A DNA stretch of 64,000 nt. Origin: a virus. The notes below the pieces were generated by a model. The model did no database searches. It was not told the origin of the DNA and saw nothing but the letters and a program-made list of their open reading frames with translations. The translations under genes were made by a program, and so were the position numbers. The DNA is taken from IMG/VR virus record IMGVR_UViG_3300046492_000199, one strand, 5' to 3'. Of this stretch, positions 1-12,337 are shown in pieces (positions within the stretch are counted from its first letter, which is position 1; each line of letters starts with the position of its first letter).

Positions 1-676
1 AACATAAGCCCCTGCCACAACTTCTTCCTGCTTCATAGTCATTAAACCGGCTCCCCTTAAATCTAAGTGACTCACTTTATCTCCCGCTGTTATAACCTAA
101 ATCATTTCCCGATGCAACCCCCCCCCTTGACAGGGGAGAACCGCGACATTGGACATTTGACTTTCTTCAGGGAAGTACCGCGATCCATGACTGTTGAACG
201 TTACGTGGATCGAACCGGTAAGCATTACAGGTCGTACCGAACACACTCCGTACAACAGACTCGCGACATTTTCTCGCTGTGTTGGACGTGATGAAGACCC
301 CTTGGTCCAGTACCTTAAACCTTGAGGAAAGGCCTGCTTCGTTTTTCTAAAATTAACTACCAAAAGTTATAGAAAAATCGTTTGTGTTTACTCGATCTTA
401 AAAGTATATTATATAATAAAATCAATAGAATAATAAAAATAAGAGAGTCTCAAGTTAGCTAGATTGGTGAAAAGACAAGGAAAATAAGGTAAAAACAATG
501 TAAGGAATTTTCACAGCCCTGTTTCGCTGCTTCACGATATACTCCACATTGACACGACCATTAAAAAACTAACACATTGAAATCACTACACAATAGTATC
601 TTAACATCGAGTAAATTCAAACAAAACATATAGAATTCTATTTGCCCATTTTTGGCTATTATCTCGTAAATAAGAC

Positions 677-705
677 TTGACACGGCGGAATTTTTGTGCT
701 ACAAC
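677..705 (+). promoter_or_regulatory. sigma70-type promoter for the 740-2237 gene pair
   Basis: TTGACA (677-682), 17-bp spacer ending in TGC, TACAAC (700-705); ATG at 740. Confidence 0.7.
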
Positions 706-739
706 AGCCTCTTAGATTCACGTAGAGTAAACCATAACG

Positions 740-1660
740 ATGACCAGATTAAAGTACGAATTGACATGTCAAGCCCCGGATTGCGGTAAGAAATTTCTCG
801 CCACGAAAGCTAGTAAAGAGACGTGTAGCACGACGTGCCACATGCGCCTGATGAGGAAGAGATTTAAACCACGCCTCATAGCTCAACCTACATGCCTACT
901 CCCAAGCTGTCAAGAGATTGTCACTTCGGCCAAGGTTAAACTTGGCCGCCCCAAATTATATTGCTGCGACGAACATATGAAGCGACACCACTATCTCAAT
1001 AATTTCGGCCTGACCGAGAAAGAGCGTGACGCGACCTGTCCCAACCCATTGTGCCACAACCCTTCCTTCGTCAAACATCACGGTAGGCAAATTTATTGTA
1101 GCAAGGCATGTGGTACAGAGCATAGAAGGGTCAAAAACTATCCCGTTGTGGAAGATGTTAAACCAGTCAATTTTCACCACCTCTGCAATTATTGCGGCAC
1201 AGAGTACGGCGCGGCTCGCTCCTCGGCCCAATTTTGTTCCACGTCTTGCCGCGTCATGTTCAATAAACAAGACAGGATGGCGGAATGGGTCAATAAGCGT
1301 ATGACATTCAATGCCGATGATCATCTCTATGACGAGTTGGATGGAGAAATTTTTATCGAGTGCGAATTCAATAATTTCGATTTCAGCGGCAAGTCCCTGA
1401 CCAAGGCAAAATTCATTAACTGCGTCATTAATAATTGCTGCTTCGACAAAACTTTCTTCGACGGGGTAGAATTAATTGATACAGATTTTGAAGGCTATAA
1501 CACCTTTAGAGGAGCACTTGTAAGATTTACCAAATTTCCACTCGTGTCTGAAACGGTGCTTGACCTGAGCGGTATTATTGAGTCAAAGGTGAAGCGAAGC
1601 GTGTTGCTCAAAGTTCAACGCGAAAAGTTAGAAAATAAGAGAATCAGTTTCTATGAATAA
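740..1660 (+). CDS. Cys-rich multi-zinc-finger protein with C-terminal pentapeptide-like repeats
   Basis: Four units of CxxC-like plus (Y/F/T)C(S/C)xx(C/H): CQAPDC..TCSTTC, CLLPSC..YCCDEH, CPNPLC..YCSKAC, CNYC..FCSTSC. C-terminal 5-residue periodicity DFSGK SLTKA KFINC VINNC CFDKT FFDGV ELIDT. Confidence 0.65.
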   Translation: MTRLKYELTCQAPDCGKKFLATKASKETCSTTCHMRLMRKRFKPRLIAQPTCLLPSCQEIVTSAKVKLGRPKLYCCDEHMKRHHYLNNFGLTEKERDATCPNPLCHNPSFVKHHGRQIYCSKACGTEHRRVKNYPVVEDVKPVNFHHLCNYCGTEYGAARSSAQFCSTSCRVMFNKQDRMAEWVNKRMTFNADDHLYDELDGEIFIECEFNNFDFSGKSLTKAKFINCVINNCCFDKTFFDGVELIDTDFEGYNTFRGALVRFTKFPLVSETVLDLSGIIESKVKRSVLLKVQREKLENKRISFYE

Positions 1661-2237
1661 TCAAAAATATCAAGTCCTCTGCGGTAATGAGTATCTTAAA
1701 ACATCTCAAGTCGTTATCCCGTTCAACGTGACACAGCGTGGCGCGTATATCGAAGATTGCGATGAGGTTGTTACGATGCGTCATCTCAGGCCGTTAGCTC
1801 CGGGACAGGGCTTATATTCTGTCTACGAGTGTTTGTCAAAATTCTATGCCAAGTGGAACATTGACAAACTTCTCAGCCCTACGATTAAATATGTCACGAC
1901 AGATGGAGAAGACTTAACGTCGAAGAAGTATCACGACGTTCGATTCAACCACATCATTTTCAATAATTGTAAATTGAATAACGTCGCGTTTCACAGCTGC
2001 GTCTTGACCAATGTTGTCTTCCTCAACTGTGACATTGACATTCTCGATCTCAGGCATGCCGAATTAAACAACGTCATGTTCCTGCACTGCGACAAGACCT
2101 ATGCCATCAAGCTAGATAACGCCAAGCTACGAGAAGTGCGATTCAAAAAGACTTCGATCCCTAAAGATTTAAAAGAATTGGGGATCGAAGCTGTGAGGAC
2201 GGAGCAAGACATTATCATGTTGAGGAATCGGCCTTAA
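1653..2237 (+). CDS. pentapeptide-repeat protein
   Basis: RFNHI IFNNC KLNNV AFHSC VLTNV VFLNC..DLRHA ELNNV MFLHC; start overlaps the upstream stop. Confidence 0.65.
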   Translation: MNNQKYQVLCGNEYLKTSQVVIPFNVTQRGAYIEDCDEVVTMRHLRPLAPGQGLYSVYECLSKFYAKWNIDKLLSPTIKYVTTDGEDLTSKKYHDVRFNHIIFNNCKLNNVAFHSCVLTNVVFLNCDIDILDLRHAELNNVMFLHCDKTYAIKLDNAKLREVRFKKTSIPKDLKELGIEAVRTEQDIIMLRNRP

Positions 2238-4076
2238 AGACTATCCCGTTATCCTCCATCTCAGATCGTGGAACGTGGGCCAGCATCTTATCCGTTTCGA
2301 TCCACGCCTCGGCGTATTCGCGAGTCGCGAAATAAATCGGCGTGTCGTTATAATTCTTTACCATACGCCAGATCAAGACCTTCCGCCGCATCACGACAAA
2401 ATCACCTGTTAGGGTGGTGCAAATTTTGTAACTCGCCATGATTTAATCCCTCCTCATCTTGTTATCTGGATCGATCACTGCGCCGTCCCATGCATCATAA
2501 GCCGCGTCTCGATCCTCCATGGCCCAATCTTCCCAAGTATTCCATTCCGCCGAGACGCGGTACACGTTGAGGATTTCTTGAACAGACATGCCTTCCCATA
2601 GATCAGAGGCTTGGCAGTCGCACCAAGCGCTCAAGTTACCCATTTCTTCCATCGTCATATCCATGACGTGAACCGCTTTGACGGCGCAGTGTTCCAGAAC
2701 TTTGTCACTCACTTCGATTGTCTTCGACTGACGCAAAATCTCGCCCGTTGCGCCAGCGACAAGCACGTCATTCTTACTACCGAGATGGGCCAAAGCGTCA
2801 GCATATGAAATTTTCTTGCGCATCTAAAACCTCCAAGTAATTTCTGATAAACCAAATCTCCTCCAATTCATTGGAAGAGACTTATTCTTACATCCGACTC
2901 GAAACGAAGTCAAGCTTTAACCTCACAAAAACTTTTCATGTTCCGAAAGTTTCTTTAACCACGCAGAAAAAATCCGTTCCATATCCTTATGAGGAGCGTA
3001 AGTTGTGGCTATATCCACGATTTCTAAACCATGAGCCACGATGTATAACGACCAAGTCACACCGTCACTATTTACCCGCATCATGGCATGAAAATTTCGA
3101 TACCCACCAAGATTTTCAAAATATTCCGTCACATTGAAAGTTCTAACTGATTGATCCAATACAACACCCTCCTACCATTCAAAATAAACATCAGTTTTAA
3201 GCACTAAGCTAGGCGCATCGATGTTTTTAAAACCTCGCTTCATAAGCTCTGACACGATATTGAATCTGAAACTGTCATCGTGATAGATTCTCATATAAGC
3301 ACCATTGCCTTGGCGAAAGTTCTTGACCGCGTAAGCGATTCGCTCATCAAGATCGTCGTCATTACCCTTGCGGGCCATATCAGCTGTGAACATCAAACCT
3401 TCTCCTTCGTCTGTGTCACATACACGGTCCACCACAGCGGCTTGTCAAACGATCCTGTGCCTGTCAAGCGAAGATCAATGTTCCTACCAACGTCATCCGC
3501 CGTGCTGCCTGTGACGCGACCAAAATCACGTGTCGTGTAGCGGTTCACGCCTGCCTCGTCTTCCATTGTCTCATAGCTCGTACCCTCGCCATGAATCTTG
3601 ACGAAACGAGCCGTTTCACCATTCAGAAGGAGATAGGTTTGATTTAAGTGAAACGGTGACGCCCTGAGATAGACGTTGAGAAAGCTGGTCAGCTTATCCC
3701 GAGCCTCAATCACGGCCCAATGATTAAGATCAAATGTGGAAAGCAACTGGCCATAATCATGGCAAAGAATTGAGTAACGCACCTTCTGTTCCGTCACGGT
3801 AAGATCAGTCATATCTCAAACTCCCCCTTTTAAATAACTTTAACCACTGGTTCAGCCGTCTCGACCCGATAAGATTCGACCCTGACATGAACCTCTTGAG
3901 AAACGTTGAACAGATCGAACATAAAATAACCCGCCCCACTGAGTTGCTTAACGACGCGAACCGATTCTTCCTTCGCCATGTCTTCAGTTTTTTCGAAGAT
4001 GGCGTGACGAATGCTAGGCGTGACGGCTGAGCCATGAGCGCTAAGAATGTATTCAATGTTCATTACGATCTCCTTA

Positions 4077-4180
4077 TTTTTCTCCCGCTGGCGGGAGGGA
4101 AATGTGTCACTCGCTTCAGCGAAGGGCGATTGAATTTCTCTGATAAACATATCCTTACATCACACCTGAAACGGTGTCAA
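4077..4180 (-). promoter_or_regulatory. promoter plus two bulged-hairpin leader elements upstream of the ORF starting at 4063
   Basis: TTGACA(4180-4175)-17-TAAGGA; hairpins ATCGCCCTTCGC-TGAA-GCGAGTGACA (4130-4105) and TTTCCCTCCCG-CCAG-CGGGAGAAAA (4102-4078), then AAGGAG. Confidence 0.75.
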
Positions 4181-4212
4181 GAACTTAAATGTTCCTGACA
4201 CCGTTTTTAATT

Positions 4213-4881
4213 TTAATTTACCTCCTTCACCAGATAATCCCCATAGAAACACTTAATCGTTTCGATATCGTTCTCTTGATACGTATTTTCCAGCAGGTTT
4301 TCCCAACTCCTGCCTCGCATCCCGCCGCGTTCAAACACCAGTCCGGTTTTATTGAGAATCACTTCCGGCCCATCAATGACGAGCTTAAGGATTCTTGCAG
4401 CTGCGCCTTCCGGGGTGTTGTCAATTTCGTACCAATTTCCACTAAAAACGAAGTCCCAAAGCTCGCCTTCAAAATTGAGGCCATAATTCTTCTCAGAATA
4501 TTGTTCCCAAGTCATGGATCGAGTCATCTTCCCTATGCCGTGCCACGCCGCTGTACCTAGGGCACAGCAAGACGTGCCACAGATATTCTCTTCCCCTTTC
4601 AGTCGTGTCACAACTGCTGGTTTTTGTACATTCCCGACCCATTCCACATTTTCATGCACATAGGCAGGAATTCCTGTAATATGCCTGTAATCCGGGATGA
4701 AGGCGTAGGACGACATATCAAATGCCGGGGGCGGAGCGCTCCTTAACGCGTCAACCATGTCAAGCAGGTTACGAATCCTCAACAATGTTGGATGATAAAT
4801 CTTTTCACCATACTCAACATCCTTCTGAATCTTAGGAACGGTAAAACTAATGCCTCGGTAGGTGTGAACTTCCTTCGTCAT
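4213..4881 (-). CDS. hypothetical protein, paralog of 4882-5535
   Basis: Shares HTYRGI.FTVP, RI.NLLDMV.ALR.PPPAF.M, ICGTSCCALGTAAWHGIG.MTR.M.WE.YS and TPEGAAARILK with the neighbour. Confidence 0.8.
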   Translation of the reverse strand: MTKEVHTYRGISFTVPKIQKDVEYGEKIYHPTLLRIRNLLDMVDALRSAPPPAFDMSSYAFIPDYRHITGIPAYVHENVEWVGNVQKPAVVTRLKGEENICGTSCCALGTAAWHGIGKMTRSMTWEQYSEKNYGLNFEGELWDFVFSGNWYEIDNTPEGAAARILKLVIDGPEVILNKTGLVFERGGMRGRSWENLLENTYQENDIETIKCFYGDYLVKEVN

Positions 4882-5535
4882 TTACTTAACCTCCACGTCT
4901 AGATAATCTTTATAGAAATCACTTAGCCTAGCCAAGTCATCAGCTTCGTAGCGGTACGTCCTGCCGAGTAGGTCTGACCAATCCCAATCACTTTTACGAC
5001 CAATGACAATGCCATTCTTTACGATACGTGTCGTGCCCTCTGTAACGAACTTGAGAATTCTGGCCGCAGCACCTTCAGGCGTGTCATCCGCGTAACGCCA
5101 ATCCCCGCCGAAGAGGAAGGTCCACAACTCGGAGCCAAATTTCATACCATAATTCTTTGCCGAGTATTCTTCCCAATTCATGTCACGTGTCATACTACCA
5201 ATGCCGTGCCACGCCGCAGTGCCTAGGGCACAACATGAAGTGCCGCAGATATTCTTTTCTTCGCGAATCTTGGACAAGTGGATAGGATTTGAAACCGATC
5301 CGTGATAACCCAAAAATTCTTTAACCGTGTCGGGAAGTTGGTTATCATACCCATAATTTTCAAGAGGAACGATGGCATAGTTTGCCATACCAAATGCTGG
5401 TGGTGGTGAATTCCTGAGCGCAACAACCATGTCGAGCAAGTTTTCGATCCGCTTCAGCGAAGGACTAAAGCCGTCGTACTTGGAAGGTACGGTAAAAGTT
5501 ATGCCACGATAGGTGTGAAGCTTTTTCTTCGTCAT
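4882..5535 (-). CDS. hypothetical protein, paralog of 4213-4881
   Basis: Same shared motifs; tandem duplication; promoter TTGACG-17-TATAAC at 5595-5567. Confidence 0.8.
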   Translation of the reverse strand: MTKKKLHTYRGITFTVPSKYDGFSPSLKRIENLLDMVVALRNSPPPAFGMANYAIVPLENYGYDNQLPDTVKEFLGYHGSVSNPIHLSKIREEKNICGTSCCALGTAAWHGIGSMTRDMNWEEYSAKNYGMKFGSELWTFLFGGDWRYADDTPEGAAARILKFVTEGTTRIVKNGIVIGRKSDWDWSDLLGRTYRYEADDLARLSDFYKDYLDVEVK

Positions 5536-5793
5536 TCAAATCTCCTCTTAACAAATCATTACAGACGTTATAGCTTTATCTCTGGCCAGCGTCAATCACT
5601 TTAACAGAGCGCGTCATGAATTTCTTTGTGACCCGCCAGATAACCACCAATGTAACACGCCCTGTATTTATTAAAAATAACTTTAGCGTCTTCCGGCCCG
5701 CAACTCATGACAAGCTGTGAAAACAAATCTCCCCTGCTTAGCAGAGCGTTCATCTTTGGAACAAACACTTCGTCAAATTCTTTACCGATCTCG

Positions 5794-6189
5794 TCAACTG
5801 TTTTCATGACGGTTCCCCTTCTCCACGTTACAGATGAAGCACATGGTTTGATAATTGTCGAGCCGGTTCGGCCCTCCCTTTGATTTCGGAACGATATGAT
5901 CCTTGGTGATCATAACTTCTTCACCATCAGCGTTTTTGCCGTAAAGATTAAAGTGAAACCCTTGCGACATGGGCGTGACAGTGCCATCGGGACGGCGCTT
6001 AACGGTGCGCTCCATGGCGTAATACAAACCCTCTGTCCCACATGTGACGCAATACCGATTCTTGGCAAAGAGCTTGTACCGATCACTTCCGGTCTTAACC
6101 ATCTCTCCGTCGAGCAGAACCTTTTCGTCATCACTTCTGATTAACGAAGTGATATGCTCGACGCTATACGTCCCGCGCCGTTCATACAT
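5794..6189 (-). CDS. HNH endonuclease
   Basis: CVTC..TKDHIVPKSKGGPNRLDNYQTMCFICNVEKGN. Confidence 0.85.
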   Translation of the reverse strand: MYERRGTYSVEHITSLIRSDDEKVLLDGEMVKTGSDRYKLFAKNRYCVTCGTEGLYYAMERTVKRRPDGTVTPMSQGFHFNLYGKNADGEEVMITKDHIVPKSKGGPNRLDNYQTMCFICNVEKGNRHENS

Positions 6190-7850
6190 TCTCAGTAACT
6201 TCCTTATTATTCAAGAGCTTAGAAAACATCTCGGTACGAATTTCATCAAGCGGTTTGAAACATTTATGACTATAACCTGTTTTCACACCCTCATAATAAG
6301 TCCCAATTTCTTCAAACGTCAGAAATATTGCCTTTAAATTTTGAGGCATTACACCGTATCTTATTGAATTTATGGTGTAAATTTTATTTAAAATAGGCAC
6401 ACTAACATCAAAAGATTCTTCAGGCGGAATCCCTTTGACACATACAACTTTCTGCCCAATTGTGAATCGACATTCCATGTTACCAATTAACTCCTTCCAC
6501 CTCATCCCTGACCCACGCCTTGACATAAGCATTACTGTTCTGCAACGAGCATTCATCGAAAGCTGTGGCAGGATCATCGGTACGTAACGCGGGATACGGT
6601 CCAGATACGCCAGTTGCGCTCATTCGATCCACAATTTCAATGTACACGGTGTAGCGCTTGATGTGTTTCTCACCCGGTTTAAGCATCTGCACCTCCTACA
6701 ATATTTATAATTTTATCCGCCGCCATTTTTAATTCCGCCGTGGCCCGTCGCAGTCTTTCAAACCTCCAAGCCTCGCCTCTTGCGCTCCATATCATTGTCT
6801 TGATAATGTTAGGATCATTTTGCTTGATGCGCTTCGCATAAGAAGTGGCTATGCTCTTATCGGCCCATGACCCGACATACACGATACCATTATCTAGTGT
6901 TACTTTCTCAACGATATAGGACATGCCAAATCTCCTCTAAGTGATTTATTATGATCACTTTATATCAAGAAATGACTTAGGTGTCAATCACGACATGCAT
7001 AGTTTCTCGTTTTGAGGCTAACACGACACGCGTCTCAATCTTCCCTCTATACCCATTTTCCCACGGCATCCCATGCTCATATCCGGCCATCAATTCGCAC
7101 TGTTCCGCAATAAAGCGGGCGACTCGGAACGCATCATCAGGATTTTTAAACATCATTGTTTCAGTGGTATATCCGGTATACTGACCAGTCTGAGTCACGG
7201 TGTAATCCCTGAAAATCTCACGATGAGTCCAAATCACCATGTCACGCTGATACGCTCTACGCTTTTCGCGGATACAACTAGCGGCAGTGTCTTTATGAAT
7301 GAAAGCATAAGCTGCGATGGAACTAAACTTAATTCCATCTTCAGGCTTGTTAAGCTCACTCGGATAGGTGGTTTGAACCAGAAAGGTGGTGAAAGAATCA
7401 TCTTTAAGTTTCTCTGTGACACGCGGCTTAGCCATAATCCACCTCCTCTTCCTAGTAATACATGGCAACGGATATCACGCCAAGCCAAAACACAATATTA
7501 GCCACAATCACAATTGCTGCCGCAACTGGCGGCGGATTATCTGTCATATTCATTATTACTTTTCTCCCGTATCGGGTTTGAGTAGGATGGACAATATGTT
7601 GCCCATATTGGCTTGATGGTTGGCCAATTCCTCGTCTTGCGCCTCGCCAAATGTAGCTCTGACCCGCTCAGCCGCTGCAACGATTTCGTCGCAAATGCTA
7701 TCCAACTCATGTGCAACTTTGACATTGCCTGTCATGTGAAAAGCGCTGGACAAACGATCTAGCCTTTCCGCGATGTGTTGCATATGATTGACATTGTCAA
7801 ACACAGCGTCGAGATGTTGCTTAGATGCGGTCATTTAAATGTCTCCTATA

Positions 7851-7925
7851 TTTTTTCTCGCACGTGCGAGAGGAAATGTTCCATTCCGTTAAATAACTTT
7901 TATTACATCTAAATCACTGTGTCAA
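7851..7925 (-). promoter_or_regulatory. promoter plus bulged-hairpin leader upstream of 7556-7834
   Basis: TTGACA at 7925-7920, GATGTAATAAAAG box, hairpin TTTCCTCTCGC-ACGT-GCGAGAAAA, then AGGAG. Confidence 0.7.
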
Positions 7926-8823
7926 ATCTTTATTCACCCATCACGGTATTTTTTCTCACCTCGGAACAGCTGATAGTCACTTCGACATAGCGTTCCGTGT
8001 CTTTATCAAAATCACTACCATCCGGCAGATCGTCGGCGTAAAGTATTCTACCAATAAAGAGATTTGGTGTTTCAAAATCACCTTCTAACGGTCCTAGGAT
8101 ATTGACAGGAATGTGCTCATGAGTTTCAACCGCATGGGTCAAGGCCCTTTTCGCTCCTTCAATATTTTCAGGCATAGGCACTCTATCACCGAAATGGTAT
8201 TCATATCCATTGACAGAGATAAAATATTGGTATTGCCACTTCATAGGTGGAGTGTAATATATTGGTTCCATTTGTTTTACTTCCCTCCCTTGACCTGAAA
8301 GAATCCGCCATTGTCATCTTCCTGCACCACGATAATGCTCATATCGTTATTCACAACCGTTTCAGGGGCGTAGATCGCGTCTTCATTTGTTTCAGTGATT
8401 GTTACTGACACGGTTTGATCGTGAAGTCGGTAAAGCTTGGCGGGCTCGAACCAATCACTACTGCGGCCATCATCAGGCATAACACCTACTTGAAATTGTG
8501 ACTTGCTCCAACCGATAGGATCACAGAAGAAACGCCCAACGCCAAGAACAATAACTTCCCCAACTTCTGGACGCGAGGGATAAATACCTCGGGACAAGTC
8601 ACCGACATGAGCACTACAGCGTGCCTCAATGATTTCGACCACGATCTTGACACGGCGGAACGCCATCGCGTTCATACTACCTTCCCATGCCGCTTCGGGA
8701 TAGGTGCCGTTACCGCTGTAGCCTGTCTTATCGAGCGTGAAACTACCATAGCGGTCGCTTCTCCGTTCCATTCCGTCCCAAGCGAAAATCCCTTTACCTG
8801 TAATCATTTTAAATCTCCTTTAT

Positions 8824-8899
8824 TGTCACTCTCTTCAGAGAGGGGCGATGTTAAATGCTTCTATGACCTTTTATTACAAATGTTTCAGACCGAAGTCAA
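8824..8899 (-). promoter_or_regulatory. promoter plus bulged-hairpin leader upstream of 8277-8807
   Basis: TTGACT(8899-8894)-17-TAATAA; ATCGCCCCTCTC-TGAA-GAGAGTGACA, then AAAGGAG. Confidence 0.75.
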
Positions 8900-9542
8900 C
8901 CACATTTAAGCACATGTCAAAATCAATTAATTGATTTTAACATACCGTAGGATGATCATTTAAATGATCATCATACACCAAGGGAAATAATTATTCACAA
9001 TGACATAACCGCGCCGCTCATAATATTCTTTAAGTCTTGTTTCAAATACATTTTCGAGATAGAAAATGTGTTCCGGTTCGTATCGGTCCAGAAATTTTGT
9101 CAATGCCCCGCTACCGGGAACGTCAGCCGTTACGTTGGCCAGATCAACGGTATGGGTAACGCCGTCCCTTAGCCTAAACGTCTTCCTGACATAGATATTC
9201 AGTCCCGGCTCCCTGATCCACGCATTGGTGGGCCAAGTCATGGCGAGGAAATCTTCGAAACTTGGATATGCCTTAGTCATGTCCTACCTACGAACCGTTT
9301 CAACAGTTTCGGAACTGTCGCACCACGACCCTCCACTAGTCCTCAATATGTCGATCAGATTCTCTTTCGTCACCTCGACCGTGACGCACTTATCAATGCT
9401 GACCATATCGAGCCAGTCCACTTCTTTCAAAGTATTCCGAGCCATGACACGTGCTTCACTTAGCGTGGTGGCGTAATCAGTTCCGTCCGCCGTTTCGATG
9501 GTGTAAATCGTAAAACCTTTAGCCATTACGTGAGCCCTCCTA

Positions 9543-9616
9543 TTTTCATCCCGCTCGCGGGAGGGAAATTATTGTTTCGATGACTTTTTATTACATCACG
9601 CCTGAAGCAGTGTCAA
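9543..9616 (-). promoter_or_regulatory. promoter plus bulged-hairpin leader upstream of 9284-9526
   Basis: TTGACA(9616-9611)-17-TAATAA; TTTCCCTCCCG-CGAG-CGGGATGAAAA, then AGGAG. Confidence 0.75.
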
Positions 9617-11240
9617 TACCTTCGAATATGGCGATACAGACCCTTGATAAAAGGATCGACCTGAAGATTATCATCACGCCAATCGGTATATTTTCGACCA
9701 TATTGCCTCGTCAGCACGCCATCGGCAAATATGTAGGAACAGTCGCTCACGATTACTGCTCGCTCCCTACGGGGCCGCTTGTTGTGATACGGCTCGTTGT
9801 GAGGATTGGCGCGCTGATCCACACCCATTTCGTAACTGATAGTGCCATCATCGATATTTGCTTTCGTGGCCCATTCATTTCTGAGCCGTTCAAAATCGTT
9901 TTCAATCATGTCAAACCTCCTTCACGAATGCTGGAACTATCGTAATCTCGACAAAGTCTGCCAGTTCTGAATTGTATAACGAGACTACCGTGCCATTTTT
10001 TAGCACCGCGACAGGCTCAGAGCCGACCGTTCCCGGCTCAACGTAATTCGTTTTGACACCCGCAACCCTTAATGTCATGCTATAATCGAACGGGCTGCGC
10101 CAATAAAAGGAAGGAAGGTCTTTCCGCTTCACCCTTGCCCTGAAAAGTTCAATTTCTGGATCAGTCATTGTTAATCTCCCTCTTCCTCTTCGCGGATTGC
10201 AACTTTATAATAGCTCCTATCATTCTGATATTCTCGTTCAAAGTTTCAGGAACAGCGCCATATGTGAAATTGGCATACTCATTCAAATGGAACGCTGTTC
10301 CATCTTCATAGACCACACCATCACATATCCCATTTTCGAGACAATGAAGTCTGAAGGCTTGGATCTTTAATTCTTCGCCAAACTTGACGTGAAGTTCGTT
10401 ACTCATTGAATCTCCTCCAACTCTCTCACTCTGGCGAACATTATTGTCCCTCGAAAAGTATCGAAAGCCTCACCGGTACGAATCAATATCCCGGTATCGG
10501 TGTCAAGATATGCCACCAATTCACCGTTTCTCTCACCAAACGAATCGATGATGAAGGATGAAGCCTTAGCGCCCCACGTCACCCGATCCCCTATCTTGAA
10601 CACCTGAGACGCGGCATAGGCGGCATAGAGAGTGAGCGCTTCTTCCGGCGTGAGACGAATGTCTTCCTTATCCATCACGCCGAGATAGAGCTTATCGAGA
10701 ATTTTATCAAGAGTCATGTCGTACCTCCACCCTGAACCAAGACCAACGCGAAACAGCTAGAACATGTTTCCCTGTACCACTGGTGATATAATAGGATACT
10801 TGCCTGCCATCTACAATATCCCTGAAACCATCTCTGACATAGGTCATGGGAAAGTATAAGTCTCTGACGTGGTCGATCATTTCTTTTCCTTTTTAAAAAA
10901 TCTTGATCCAGCAAACCTTCTTGCCGTTGAACCGATTGTCGAGACTTGTATCACCCCATTCATAAAGCTCGTTCCAGACCAAATCGAAATCGTCAAAATC
11001 GGAGGTAGAGTCTTCCGACATGGACTCGAATTGATCCACCAGTTCAAGCTTTTCGTTCTCAACGATGTGATCAGCGAAAGGCTTAAGGCGCTTAAGCCTT
11101 GTCGCAACCATACCGGCAAATGCAGGAACGGAAATTTCCCCATCGCTGACTTGGTCCCACACATCCGATACATCCAAAGTTCTCTGCCAATCAGTCATGA
11201 CATAATCTCCTTGTGTTATTGTTTAATCTCTTATGACTTA

Positions 11241-11269
11241 TTCTTACAACTAAGCCATGACGGTGTCAA
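11241..11269 (-). promoter_or_regulatory. sigma70-type promoter
   Basis: TTGACA-17-TAAGAA; a similar promoter TTGACT-17-TAATAA lies at 11942-11914. Confidence 0.65.
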
Positions 11270-12337
11270 CAACTAAATTTATTTAATCTTCAACAGGATC
11301 AGTTGCGCCCATTCTAGGAGGTATGATCCAGCAGCAAAATGAAGGGCTATGGCCCATCGGATCATAACCTTCTTCATTATCAATGCTGATTCGATCCACT
11401 TTGGGATGGTATCTGACATAGAGAGTTTGATCAAGCTTGACCCAATACATGATGGAAACTTCAGTTGTCATTTAACCTGTCTCCTAATCATGTTAAAATA
11501 CTGTTCCGCCAGTTCTGGATCGAGAAACACTTTGGTTTCTGTTCCGGGTTTGACAACGACCCAAACCCGATCACCATTCAGTGTCGCATTATATAGATTG
11601 GTCATAACCCCAGCTGTATCTATCCCACAACTCCCGCCATAATAATGCTGTTCCAATCTATGTTTCATCTGCACGTCGCCGCTAGTGCCATTCTCAGGAC
11701 TCGGTCGGTCCAGTCCTTACCTTCTTTGAATTCGAAGGCGTTAAGACTTTTATCAGCATCGTTGTAGAACGCTATCAGACTCCTGCGTCGGAGATGTATC
11801 ACCGCGCGACGGCCATGACCTTTGGTAACGCCTGTGACTGAGACTATGGCGTGATGTTCAACTGGTTCCGAATTCATGACTGGCCTCCTTTATAAAATCA
11901 TTTGATGTATATTTTATTACATCTTATCTAAGGTAGAGTCAAGAGATTTCACCAATCCCCGTCATTAAAATTCACCGTCACTTCGTCGCTAGTAATAGTC
12001 TCATCGTCCAGTAAAATCTCTACCCCGATGAGGCAATAATCTTTACCGCTACCTTCCCTATTTATCTTAATCTTTAGGTTTTTGCGAAGATAATCTTCTA
12101 TGATTCGCTGAACTAGTTTATTGTCCATGTCTAGCCCTTCCCTCCCTCGGTCTATCCAAACGCCTCGCCTTAACTACCACACCCTCAGCATTGCTTTTCT
12201 CCCAGCCCCACCAAAGGTTCTTGCTCAAGTCGATCCTCGAATCGCCTACAGTATTTTTAACTTGAACTATGGCGTGGTCAGGAAATGGTTGCCACTTCTG
12301 ATACGGCATAACACTGTCAAATCTATTTAAAAACATG

